Below, piece by piece: positions 18,136 to 25,881 of a DNA stretch of 33,705 bases. Each line of letters begins with the position of its first letter. The stretch's first letter is position 1. Below the pieces are notes generated by a model. The model was not told where the DNA came from, ran no database searches, and was given only the letters and a program-made list of their open reading frames with translations. This DNA is from a virus. Lineage: Duplodnaviria > Caudoviricetes. The stretch covers positions 1-33,705 of IMG/VR virus record IMGVR_UViG_3300044477_000241. One strand, given 5' to 3'. The translations under genes and the position numbers were made by a program.

Positions 18136-18256
18136 CTCTAATCGCATTCAAATGCCATTTAACTCGACGCGTGTGCGACTTTTTAAATGAAATTAACCCG
18201 ACGCCCCACTTGGGGTTTAAAACGCCTTAAATCGCAAATTTTTAAATTATCCTATT

Positions 18257-19552
18257 ATGGCCCAAAAACAAGCAGGGGAAACACCCTCTGAGATAATTAT
18301 TCAAAAGATTGATATACGGCAAGTTGTACGCAATTCGATCGATATTCAATCCTGGCGTAACGCACTACGCAGCGCCGAGAGCACTACTCGGCCACAAAGA
18401 ATCCTACTTTATGACCTCTATGATGAACTGCTGCTGGATGGCCGCCTGAGCTCCGCGATCGACAAACGCAAAAGAGCCGTAACCAATACACCCATGACCT
18501 TCACCGTGGACGGTGAAGAAATGCCGGAGATCATGACCCTGATCCAGTCGCCCTGGTTTTCCGATATGATCTCAGATATACTCGATTCAAGATTTTATGG
18601 CCACAGCCTGCTGGAGTTTACTCAGTTCCTTCCGGATAGCATCGATTATACGCTGATTCCACGTAAACACGTGGTTCCGGAAACGCACCGTGTAACCTGG
18701 ATGCAGGGCGGAAGCGAAGGTGTTTCCTGGGATGAAATGCCCTATTATAACTATACACTGGAGGCGGGTAAGGAACGGGATCTTGGGCTAATCCTTAAAG
18801 CTGCTCCCTATGTCATTTTCAAACGTAACGGATTTTCTGATTATGCTCAGTTCTGCGAGATCTTCGGAATACCGATGCGAATCGGTAAGTACAATCTTCA
18901 GGATCCGGAAGGTCGACAGGCTCTCTTGCAGGCACTCAACGAAGCCGGATCAGCGCTTAGCATGGTCATTCCTGAAGGAACCGACGTAGAAATCAAAGAA
19001 CCATCCAATGTCACCGGAGGCAACACGCTATTCTCGACACTGATCGATCAGTGCAACAAAGAGATCTCCATTATCATTCTCGGCCAGACCCTGACTACGG
19101 AACAGGGAACCAATGGAGCGCGCAGTCTTGGTGAAGTACACATGGATGTCGAAGAGCAGATCCACATGGACGATCGCCAGTATATTGTGAATTGGCTGAA
19201 CTACGAATTTAAGTGGCTCCTGGAATTGCACGGTTATAAGGTCACCGGTGGCGCATTCGACTTTGTCGATATAGAGCGAGTAGATCTGGGTAAGCGGATC
19301 GAGATTGACACGAAATTGAATGATGTGATCTACATCGATCCGGATTATTTCTATGAGAAATATGGAATTCCTAAACCTGACAACGCCGACGCTATGAATA
19401 AGGAAATGCGCGCACGCAAACTGAATCCGCTGGGTGCATTCAACCCGGCACAGGTACCACAACAGCAGCAGCAATCATCGAAACAAGATCCGAAGGCAAC
19501 AGCCTGGCTTAAATCCTTCAGACGTTTTTTTCCGGACGGCCCTCGAAGATAA
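18257..19552 (+). CDS. Portal protein (Mu gp29 / DUF935-like)
   Basis: FYGHSLLE, FCEIFGIPMRIGKY and EISIIILGQTLTT...SLGEVH motifs. Confidence 0.92.
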   Translation: MAQKQAGETPSEIIIQKIDIRQVVRNSIDIQSWRNALRSAESTTRPQRILLYDLYDELLLDGRLSSAIDKRKRAVTNTPMTFTVDGEEMPEIMTLIQSPWFSDMISDILDSRFYGHSLLEFTQFLPDSIDYTLIPRKHVVPETHRVTWMQGGSEGVSWDEMPYYNYTLEAGKERDLGLILKAAPYVIFKRNGFSDYAQFCEIFGIPMRIGKYNLQDPEGRQALLQALNEAGSALSMVIPEGTDVEIKEPSNVTGGNTLFSTLIDQCNKEISIIILGQTLTTEQGTNGARSLGEVHMDVEEQIHMDDRQYIVNWLNYEFKWLLELHGYKVTGGAFDFVDIERVDLGKRIEIDTKLNDVIYIDPDYFYEKYGIPKPDNADAMNKEMRARKLNPLGAFNPAQVPQQQQQSSKQDPKATAWLKSFRRFFPDGPRR

Positions 19553-19559
19553 GAGGGCC
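19525..19559 (+). promoter_or_regulatory. Programmed -1 ribosomal frameshift signal (portal to MuF)
   Basis: T TTT TTT heptamer in portal phase, 6-nt spacer, GGCCCTC/GAGGGCC stem-loop; the -1 frame is open into MuF. Confidence 0.8.
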
Positions 19560-20421
19560 CTATGATCACCTGACCGCCTTCCCGGATCTATATCCTGCAT
19601 GTCCCCATTGCGGTGGCCTGCATCATACGTTCACCAATACAGTGGGCGATGATCTTCTGAAGGAACTGGATAAGCAAACTTCAAAGGTTGCAAGAATGAT
19701 ATACCAGGGGACACTTCCTGAAGACTTCGTCATCGACGAAACCATGACGCGTCAGATTGCGCTGAAGCTTCGCGATGCCATTCTGGAGGGATTTGGCAAG
19801 GCAGGCTCAAACATCGATTATAACACACCGGACGGGGCTGTAATCCGCAACCTGGAAGAGTCGGTCTATTCCTTCAGCGCGGCAAAGAATTACAACCAAC
19901 TGCGTGACATGACCAGCGCATTGCTCAACGATGATATGGTCGTTCGCTCGTTCCGGGAATTCAAAGAGATCTGCAATAATATCAGCTATCAGTATAACAG
20001 CTCCTGGCTGTTGAGTGAGTATAACACTGCGATCGCATCCGCTCAGACCTCTGCCCGGTGGAATGAATACCAGGAATCAGCGCAGGAGATGCCCTACCTT
20101 CAGTACGTCACTGCCGGAGATGACCGGGTGAGAGAAGAACACGCAGAGCTGGATGGAATCATACGACGCATCGATGACGAGTTCTGGGACACGTATTATC
20201 CTCCCAATGGATATAACTGCCGGTGTGATGTAATACAGTTACCTGGTGAGGCCACGGAGGCCGATATCGAGAAGTACACTCTTCCAGTACTCGATCCAAT
20301 CTTTGCCACCAATTTAGCAAAGACCGGCGTGATCTTTCCAACGGATCATCCCTATTATACCGATCTCCCTGCCGAGGTCGCAGCGAAGGCTAAAGAACTC
20401 TTCAATAAAGACAGCGAATGA
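19531..20421 (+). CDS. Minor head protein MuF / SPP1 gp7-like (probably translated as a portal fusion; alternative GTG start 19642)
   Basis: EYNTA, YVTAGDDRVREEH..LDG and PPNGYNCRC motifs; frame open from 19513. Confidence 0.88.
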   Translation, partial: SGRPSKIRGPYDHLTAFPDLYPACPHCGGLHHTFTNTVGDDLLKELDKQTSKVARMIYQGTLPEDFVIDETMTRQIALKLRDAILEGFGKAGSNIDYNTPDGAVIRNLEESVYSFSAAKNYNQLRDMTSALLNDDMVVRSFREFKEICNNISYQYNSSWLLSEYNTAIASAQTSARWNEYQESAQEMPYLQYVTAGDDRVREEHAELDGIIRRIDDEFWDTYYPPNGYNCRCDVIQLPGEATEADIEKYTLPVLDPIFATNLAKTGVIFPTDHPYYTDLPAEVAAKAKELFNKDSE

Positions 20422-20963
20422 TGGACGAGAATATCAATTGGTCGGAGATACAGTCGAAGCTCACCGCTGTTATGCGGTCATTGCCTCGTAAGATGGGGAC
20501 AATTATTGTCAACTTCAGCAAGGATCGATTCCGTGCGCAGATGTGGGTGGACACGACATACCAGCCGTGGCCACGTCGCAAAAAGACGAAGAAGAAAAGC
20601 GATCAGGGAAGAGCCCTGTTGATTAAATCAGGAAGGTTGCGCCGGTCTGTGCGCATCATCTCCACGACCAGCAACAGCGTTACAGTCGGCTCTGATGTTC
20701 CATATGCAGCAGTACATAACGAAGGTTTCAACGGTGTAGTGTCCATCAGTGGCCATGTGCGCAAGAACGTCCAGAAACGCGCGGTTTATTCGATTATAAC
20801 AAAAAAGAAATCAACGCGCCGGGTGAGCGTGGGAGAGTATTACGTCAAGCCACACAATCGGAACATGAACATTCCGAAAAGACAATACATGGGAAATAGC
20901 ATGATGCAGACTCGTTTAATCGAAGATCTAATCACAAAAGAAATTTTAAACGCATTTAAATAA
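20418..20963 (+). CDS. Virion morphogenesis protein (Mu gpG-like neck)
   Basis: LIKSGRLRRS, VGSDVPYAAVHNEG and IPKRQYMG motifs. Confidence 0.85.
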   Translation: MMDENINWSEIQSKLTAVMRSLPRKMGTIIVNFSKDRFRAQMWVDTTYQPWPRRKKTKKKSDQGRALLIKSGRLRRSVRIISTTSNSVTVGSDVPYAAVHNEGFNGVVSISGHVRKNVQKRAVYSIITKKKSTRRVSVGEYYVKPHNRNMNIPKRQYMGNSMMQTRLIEDLITKEILNAFK

Positions 20964-20973
20964 CATTTAAACG

Positions 20974-21525
20974 ATGGACAGATTTTATCTTAGCGTTGTT
21001 CGACAATTAAAAAATGAAGTCCCGGAACTCTCCTGGATCGACTGGGACACCGGGCAATTATATCCCGACGATGAAGAGGAGAATGGCAACTATACCGTTA
21101 CCTTTCCATGCGCGCTGATCACGATCCCGGATGTGGATTACAGCGATATCGGAAGAGGAGTTCAACAGGGAGACTTGCTTCTTCAAATTAAACTGGGAAT
21201 CGATAGTTATTCGACATCGCATATCGCCGGGGGTGTAGAAGCACCCGACCTGGTTCAATCAACAGTAGATCTACAGTTGATTAAAAAGATCAACAAGGCG
21301 CTGCATGGGTTCGGTGGCTATATCATACCAGGAGATAATGAGGATGAATTCATCGACAACCATTTCTCCCGACTTATGCGCGAGAAGGTCTCTACTGAAC
21401 AAGGGGTATTTGGCTTGAAAATATTCAACCTGGCATACTCGTGTGTCATAAGAGACCACAGCAGCGAAGATGATCTCACTGCTGCACAAATCACAGATAT
21501 CACTATTAACCAATCACAACAATAA
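20974..21525 (+). CDS. Putative tail terminator (Mu gp37-like)
   Basis: VPELSWIDWDTGQL...FPCALI motif; follows the neck gene. Confidence 0.65.
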   Translation: MDRFYLSVVRQLKNEVPELSWIDWDTGQLYPDDEEENGNYTVTFPCALITIPDVDYSDIGRGVQQGDLLLQIKLGIDSYSTSHIAGGVEAPDLVQSTVDLQLIKKINKALHGFGGYIIPGDNEDEFIDNHFSRLMREKVSTEQGVFGLKIFNLAYSCVIRDHSSEDDLTAAQITDITINQSQQ

Positions 21526-21527
21526 TT

Positions 21528-22208
21528 ATGGCTGGACAAAATTCAGAACTGCTGAAGTCCTATTTTCAGCGGAAGAAAAAACCTAAAGTGGAGCACTTCG
21601 AGGCCCTGGTAGACTCACTTTTTGAAAAGGCTCAATCAGTGCTTCCAAAAGTCAATGCCCAATACAACCTGGGGAGCTCCGATTATACCTGGGCTGATAT
21701 ATTCTCCGGGCGCGTGACAACTTCAGAGCTGTTAATCAACGGACGGTCGTCGACATACCTCGGCGAACGCAATATTCTCACAGCCTACTCTCTTGACAAA
21801 ATCGATCTTGAGAATGGAACGCCTGTGAAAGGTTACTTCACAGAGCAATTGGTACAGGATGGTACTATTAGCCTGGTGAATGGAAACCGCATCCAATTAC
21901 CTGTTGGAGGGGTCTACGATATAGACCTCCAGTTCACGGTCTATGGTGCCAACAATCCTGGTAATATTTATACCTACCTGCGATGGAGCGAGGATGATGG
22001 ACAGACTGACATCCCTCTATCTGGAAGCATTGACACCTTCGCAGCCGACTCCTACAGAACAATTACCAAGAGATTTCGTGTACAGATCGGCGGGCCGCGT
22101 AAAATTGAATTGGACTTCTTAGCCAATGAAAGGTGTTCGATCAGTAAGTTCGATGATCTTGACTCAGGTTTACCGGCATACATGATTACGGTAACACAGG
22201 TGCGCTAA
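21528..22208 (+). CDS. Putative virion appendage/adhesin (226 aa)
   Basis: N-terminal LKSYF...KP...F..LVDS motif; beta-rich C-terminus (GGVYDIDLQF). Confidence 0.5.
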   Translation: MAGQNSELLKSYFQRKKKPKVEHFEALVDSLFEKAQSVLPKVNAQYNLGSSDYTWADIFSGRVTTSELLINGRSSTYLGERNILTAYSLDKIDLENGTPVKGYFTEQLVQDGTISLVNGNRIQLPVGGVYDIDLQFTVYGANNPGNIYTYLRWSEDDGQTDIPLSGSIDTFAADSYRTITKRFRVQIGGPRKIELDFLANERCSISKFDDLDSGLPAYMITVTQVR

Positions 22209-22384
22209 TTGCGCAATCCTGAATCATTGATCCGCGGCCCCCTGGCGACAGGTACCGCGGATTTTTTTAATGCATCCAATTTCTGCTGAAGGTGTTTCCG
22301 TTGGGCCATGTCCTTGACCTGGTTAATTTGCGCCTGCAGGCGCGATAGATCTTCGGAGGTAATAATGATTTCAGTGGCAGACAT
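22205..22384 (-). CDS. Small ORF (59 aa, MSATEIIIT...), coiled-coil-like, behind a structured leader
   Basis: Translated by hand; below the ORF-track cutoff; has an upstream promoter box. Confidence 0.6.
   Translation of the reverse strand: MSATEIIITSEDLSRLQAQINQVKDMAQRKHLQQKLDALKKSAVPVARGPRINDSGLRN
22230..22268 (+). terminator. Terminator of the packaging/head operon
   Basis: ATCCGCGG...CCGCGGAT stem followed by a T tract. Confidence 0.8.
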
Positions 22385-22395
22385 AGTGGGTGGGT

Positions 22396-22512
22396 TAAAA
22401 AATTCCCGGATGTGTCTGTCACCTTACATACAAAGTATATAGAAGTCGCCTATCTTGCGAGTTGGCCATCCGGGAATGGCATTAGACTTCGAATACTTTG
22501 TGATAACAGACG
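22396..22512 (-). ncRNA. Structured leader RNA with alternative pairings (c4-like architecture)
   Basis: Three nested stems plus a competing 11-bp stem followed by a U tract. A G-U pair supports the minus strand. Confidence 0.65.
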
Positions 22513-22515
22513 GGG

Positions 22516-22523
22516 CAAAGATA
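22516..22523 (-). promoter_or_regulatory. -7 promoter element (TATCTTTG)
   Basis: Consensus box immediately 5' of the structured leader. Confidence 0.7.
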
Positions 22524-22524
22524 T

Positions 22525-22551
22525 AAAAAAAAACGCCTGCTGCTGCAGGCG
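22525..22551 (-). terminator. Terminator of the lipoprotein moron / early operon
   Basis: CGCCTGC/GCAGGCG hairpin followed by T9. Confidence 0.85.
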
Positions 22552-22569
22552 CCTTTCCGGGTTATTGAA

Positions 22570-22953
22570 TCACTCTAATCGAGTGTAGTAATATGTTGTA
22601 TTAAATCCTGTTATAGGGTCTGTTTTAAGAATCAATTTTTCACTTGTAAACTTTTTTAAAATCAAAATGTTTGTCGATGCACCTATTGTAACGTAAAGTT
22701 TCCCGTCTTTTATATTCCAAAATCCATTCGCAGTAGTATCTTCTTCAATAGAACGAACATATCTATTATTTTCTAAATATGTTGTTTTTTCATAAAGGAG
22801 CTCTTCGCCTGTCTCTTTGTAAACACTTTCATTTCGAATACATATTATACTATCAACGACCCACGTTGTCCCTTCTAATTGCTCAAGGGTTTTATCGCAT
22901 GAGGTTAAGACTATGGAAATGATGACGCCCAATATTACAACGATTCTTTTCAT
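22570..22953 (-). CDS. Lipoprotein with lipocalin-like domain (moron)
   Basis: MKR + hydrophobic core + LTS-C lipobox; LEGTTW and GFWNIKDGKL motifs; AT-rich. Confidence 0.8.
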   Translation of the reverse strand: MKRIVVILGVIISIVLTSCDKTLEQLEGTTWVVDSIICIRNESVYKETGEELLYEKTTYLENNRYVRSIEEDTTANGFWNIKDGKLYVTIGASTNILILKKFTSEKLILKTDPITGFNTTYYYTRLE

Positions 22954-22967
22954 AATTGTTATTTTTG

Positions 22968-22975
22968 CAAATATA
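22968..22975 (-). promoter_or_regulatory. -7 promoter element (TATATTTG) for the lipoprotein gene
   Basis: Consensus box 15 nt upstream of the ATG. Confidence 0.65.
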
Positions 22976-23140
22976 TTATATTTTTGATTTATTGAACACG
23001 CCTCCCGGGGAGAATTTCAATTGCCGGGACATCTCCCTTAGTTTCCGGGCCTGCTCATAATCAATCTCGAGTTTCTTTTTTCGTGGACGATCATCACCTG
23101 CAGGTTCCTGGTTAAATAAATCCGGATCATTCGATTTCAT
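22976..23140 (-). CDS. Small hypothetical protein (54 aa, MKSNDPDLF...)
   Basis: Translated by hand; overlaps the end of the activator gene and fills the gap to the next promoter. Confidence 0.5.
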   Translation of the reverse strand: MKSNDPDLFNQEPAGDDRPRKKKLEIDYEQARKLREMSRQLKFSPGGVFNKSKI

Positions 23141-23381
23141 CGCTAAATAACGTTAATTGTTTAATAGGCTTGGACGCCTTGATCATAGAATTTAGATAGT
23201 CGTTGTTATCCTTAATAATCTTAATGATAGATTGCTCTCCAATGAAGAACTCCTTCAACGACAACTTCGCAATTACGTCATCGTAGCGTAATCGGCGCAC
23301 CTCGTGCCAATAATAGAATCTCTCTGTTAGCTTCATGTTGCGAAGCCTAATTAATTCGGGATCTCTTCCTTTATGGCTCAT
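23127..23381 (-). CDS. Putative Mor/C-like late transcription activator
   Basis: Near the end of the early operon; RN...RFYYW...LS.KEFFI.E..I.KII resembles the Mor HTH domain. Confidence 0.6.
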   Translation of the reverse strand: MSHKGRDPELIRLRNMKLTERFYYWHEVRRLRYDDVIAKLSLKEFFIGEQSIIKIIKDNNDYLNSMIKASKPIKQLTLFSDEIE

Positions 23382-23692
23382 ATAATCTCCTGTTCGATGC
23401 GATCGTTGATCTTCTGTACAACGATCTGTGTGTATATGTCAAGTTCTACAACTACATCTTTGAAAATGGTATAAAAGGCCATCGCCTCCGGGATCGATAG
23501 TACGACCGTATTCCGCTTGGTAAGATGCCACTTCCTTGACCAGAGTCGCTGCGCCAACTTCAACAAGATCTCGCGCATCATGATCGCGTGCGGCTTGTCG
23601 TAGGTTGCAATCACCTTTTCACAATTCCGGAAGGAATCAGTCAACGCCTCGAATTCATGCTTATCAAAATAAAAGTTGAACTTCTGGATCAT
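23378..23692 (-). CDS. Hypothetical protein (104 aa)
   Basis: Start reassigned to MIQKF (ATGA overlap with the upstream stop). Confidence 0.75.
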   Translation of the reverse strand: MIQKFNFYFDKHEFEALTDSFRNCEKVIATYDKPHAIMMREILLKLAQRLWSRKWHLTKRNTVVLSIPEAMAFYTIFKDVVVELDIYTQIVVQKINDRIEQEII

Positions 23693-24114
23693 GAGTTGAA
23701 TTGGTTTTCGAATCGACGTTGATTGATGTAGGTTTCCGGATAGGCGCGCTCCATGCGCGGATGCAATTTCAAGTACTGATCGTACCGCGCCAGGCTGACG
23801 ATACAAGCAGCTCTATCTTGCTGCGGGAGCGCCTGCCATAGCTTCTTGACGCGGGCCTTATTCCCAACCTTGTAATTATACGTGTCCCAGAAGGCTTCGA
23901 AGGATAGATCCTGTGGCACCTCCCTGAGCACGGCAGAGAACTTCTTTGCAAGCGTCTGCAACTCCTCATAATCATGAGGCAGGTTATCGATCAGGTAGAT
24001 CGTGTTACGATCCGATAACTCTTCCGGGAAGGTTACGCCGCAAAGCAAGCCGTCTCGTTCCCGGAAACAGAATTCAACAGTATGGTGAACGCCGATCATC
24101 AAGTATTTTTTCAT
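23689..24114 (-). CDS. Hypothetical protein with a replication-initiator-like C-terminal helical domain
   Basis: FEAFWDTY..KVGNK...YPETYINQRRF motif. Confidence 0.65.
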   Translation of the reverse strand: MKKYLMIGVHHTVEFCFRERDGLLCGVTFPEELSDRNTIYLIDNLPHDYEELQTLAKKFSAVLREVPQDLSFEAFWDTYNYKVGNKARVKKLWQALPQQDRAACIVSLARYDQYLKLHPRMERAYPETYINQRRFENQFNS

Positions 24115-24545
24115 AGCCTCTCTAAAAAGTATTTGTAAAAGACTTCAAATTGATAGCATAATGTCTGCAACTCGCTGTATGAATATTTATTAAGGTTCTT
24201 TTTTAGTCCAATATTAGGGTGATCCTGTATATACTGATTGATGGCAGCCACCTTCTCATAAGATGTCATGGCGTTATTGATCACTTTCATCTCATAGCAA
24301 TACCGGAAGATGTTCTTACGGATGCGATCGCCGGGTTTGTGATCCATCGACGAGGACTTCTCTTTGAATAGATGCAGCATCGCATCAATTTCATGCACAT
24401 TCAGCTCGTGGAAGGTTCTCTTCTGGCCCCCGGTGAATTCAGCGATGGCAAGTTCCCGGTAGTCCAGGAATGATTGTCCTGAAAGCCTGCTCATGCCTAC
24501 CATGATAGATCTCAATTGATCTTCCTTAACCTTCCTGTCCTTCAT
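24111..24545 (-). CDS. Putative GemA/gp16-like protein
   Basis: Position, and duplicated helical motifs (FHELNVHEI; LNKYSYSELQTL). Start uncertain (24545/24554/24581). Confidence 0.5.
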   Translation of the reverse strand: MKDRKVKEDQLRSIMVGMSRLSGQSFLDYRELAIAEFTGGQKRTFHELNVHEIDAMLHLFKEKSSSMDHKPGDRIRKNIFRYCYEMKVINNAMTSYEKVAAINQYIQDHPNIGLKKNLNKYSYSELQTLCYQFEVFYKYFLERL

Positions 24546-24945
24546 TTTCAACATAGATTTCGATGTTTTCACAAACCGCATTCATACGGCGTTTAAATGC
24601 TGTAAAAGAGGGGTAATACGATTGGTAGATATTGACCTTTTTAGGCTCGAATTTTTTCGCAAACGCAGCCCCGCATGTCCGTTTCACTGCTCTTAATTCT
24701 TTATCTGAATGTGTCCTAATAGTAATGGTTTTTTCATATAAATATTTTGACTCAGGATGATTCTGCTCGCGATTAAACCATTCTCCTTTAAACCAACCAT
24801 TAATATACAATTGATGCATAACTCGATTTTTATAAATACTCATAAAAAGATCGATTATATGACCATCACATCTCAATTTAATTGGCGAATAGAGGCTGTA
24901 TTTGGCCTCCAATTCATCCCACTGCTGTTTGGTTAACTTTGCCAT
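24526..24945 (-). CDS. Hypothetical protein (139 aa)
   Basis: Start reassigned to MAKLTK, overlapping the upstream stop. Confidence 0.75.
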   Translation of the reverse strand: MAKLTKQQWDELEAKYSLYSPIKLRCDGHIIDLFMSIYKNRVMHQLYINGWFKGEWFNREQNHPESKYLYEKTITIRTHSDKELRAVKRTCGAAFAKKFEPKKVNIYQSYYPSFTAFKRRMNAVCENIEIYVENEGQEG

Positions 24946-25169
24946 TATTCGTCGTATTTCTGCCCACAGAACGGGCAATAAGTTACACTGATCGGTTGAC
25001 GATATGGCTTTGACCAGATGTTATTTCGTTTCATACGAAAGGACTGGTATGCATAAAATAAACCCTGAAGATTCTCAACAAAGGGCAATTCAATCTCCGC
25101 CTGGGGATCTCCAGTGCGTCTGCGCAACTCCTGGTTGCGATTCATTATGCAATTACAAGCCATATTCAT
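24945..25169 (-). CDS. Small Zn-finger protein (CxC...CPFCG)
   Basis: Four cysteines. Start reassigned downstream of the tRNA-like element. Confidence 0.7.
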   Translation of the reverse strand: MNMACNCIMNRNQELRRRTGDPQAEIELPFVENLQGLFYAYQSFRMKRNNIWSKPYRQPISVTYCPFCGQKYDE

Positions 25170-25177
25170 TAAATTTG

Positions 25178-25261
25178 TGGAGAGGGTTGGATTTGAACCA
25201 ACAACCTGAAGCAACTTCGAAGCGTGCACGCAACCGCTCTAACCACTTGAGCTACCTCCCC
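25178..25261 (-). tRNA. tRNA-like element (pseudo-tRNA, no canonical anticodon arm)
   Basis: Acceptor GGGGAGG/CCTCTCC+A, D arm GCTC-AAGTGGTTA-GAGC, T arm GTTGG-TTCAAAT-CCAAC; 33-nt non-canonical middle. Confidence 0.8.
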
Positions 25262-25296
25262 AATATGGTAGATGCCTTATCTACCATCAGTAATTT

Positions 25297-25506
25297 TTAC
25301 TCCTGTTCTTTGAAAATATCAACTTGTTTCTCGGAGCACATCCGAATAATAATTGCTATCCAAACTATAAAGTATAAAGCTCCCATTACTACCCACAACC
25401 ATTGCGGAGCCTGGAAATAGCTCAGTGCCATAAATGCGCACAGTGTTTGCATAGTAGGAAACGCTACTGGTAATTGGTTTCGATTGATAACTTTTCGTTT
25501 TTTCAT
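25297..25506 (-). CDS. Small two-TM membrane protein
   Basis: Basic N-terminus and two hydrophobic segments. Confidence 0.7.
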   Translation of the reverse strand: MKKRKVINRNQLPVAFPTMQTLCAFMALSYFQAPQWLWVVMGALYFIVWIAIIIRMCSEKQVDIFKEQE

Positions 25507-25881
25507 AATTGACGTTTTATTAGGCCCATTCTGGGCAGATTATTAATCTTTCAGTTCCTGTTCAATTTTATTGGCTTGTTAGGGGATGATTATTCTATAT
25601 CCGCCTCGGCTCTCCAATAAACACTATCTCCTTCGTTAATATGATTTGACAGCCAATCTGCTGCGTCTTGAAATTCAAAGCCGTTCAATTCAATAATACC
25701 TCCTTTATAGGATGACTTTATAATTTGATCATATACCTCCTGTGGCATTTCAACATCGTGCAATTGTACTTGGTACGTTACTCTCACTACTAAATCTTCA
25801 ACTGTTTTCATGACTTTACGTTTTAAGCCCATTCTGGGCATATTATTATTGATCTTTCAATTCTTTCTCGAGTTCATCGGC
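25500..25881. repeat. Imperfect ~75-bp direct repeat (25500-25575, 25805-25881) flanking one gene
   Basis: Shared exact core GCCCATTCTGGGCA (25524-25537, 25827-25840) with similar flanks. Confidence 0.8.
25590..25811 (-). CDS. Hypothetical protein (73 aa)
   Basis: Start reassigned to MKTVED. Confidence 0.7.
   Translation of the reverse strand: MKTVEDLVVRVTYQVQLHDVEMPQEVYDQIIKSSYKGGIIELNGFEFQDAADWLSNHINEGDSVYWRAEADIE

Noticed and set aside
19642-20421. MuF as a polymorphic toxin carrier
   Set aside because: The protein ends shortly after the MuF domain; there is no toxin extension or immunity gene.
25178-25261. Functional tRNA-Cys(GCA)
   Set aside because: GCA sits at about the anticodon position, but the flanking 5-bp stem (GTTGC vs CTTCG) does not pair.
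25500-25881. CRISPR mini-array or DGR template/variable repeat
   Set aside because: Only two degenerate copies 300 bp apart, with indels; no cas or reverse transcriptase gene in the window.
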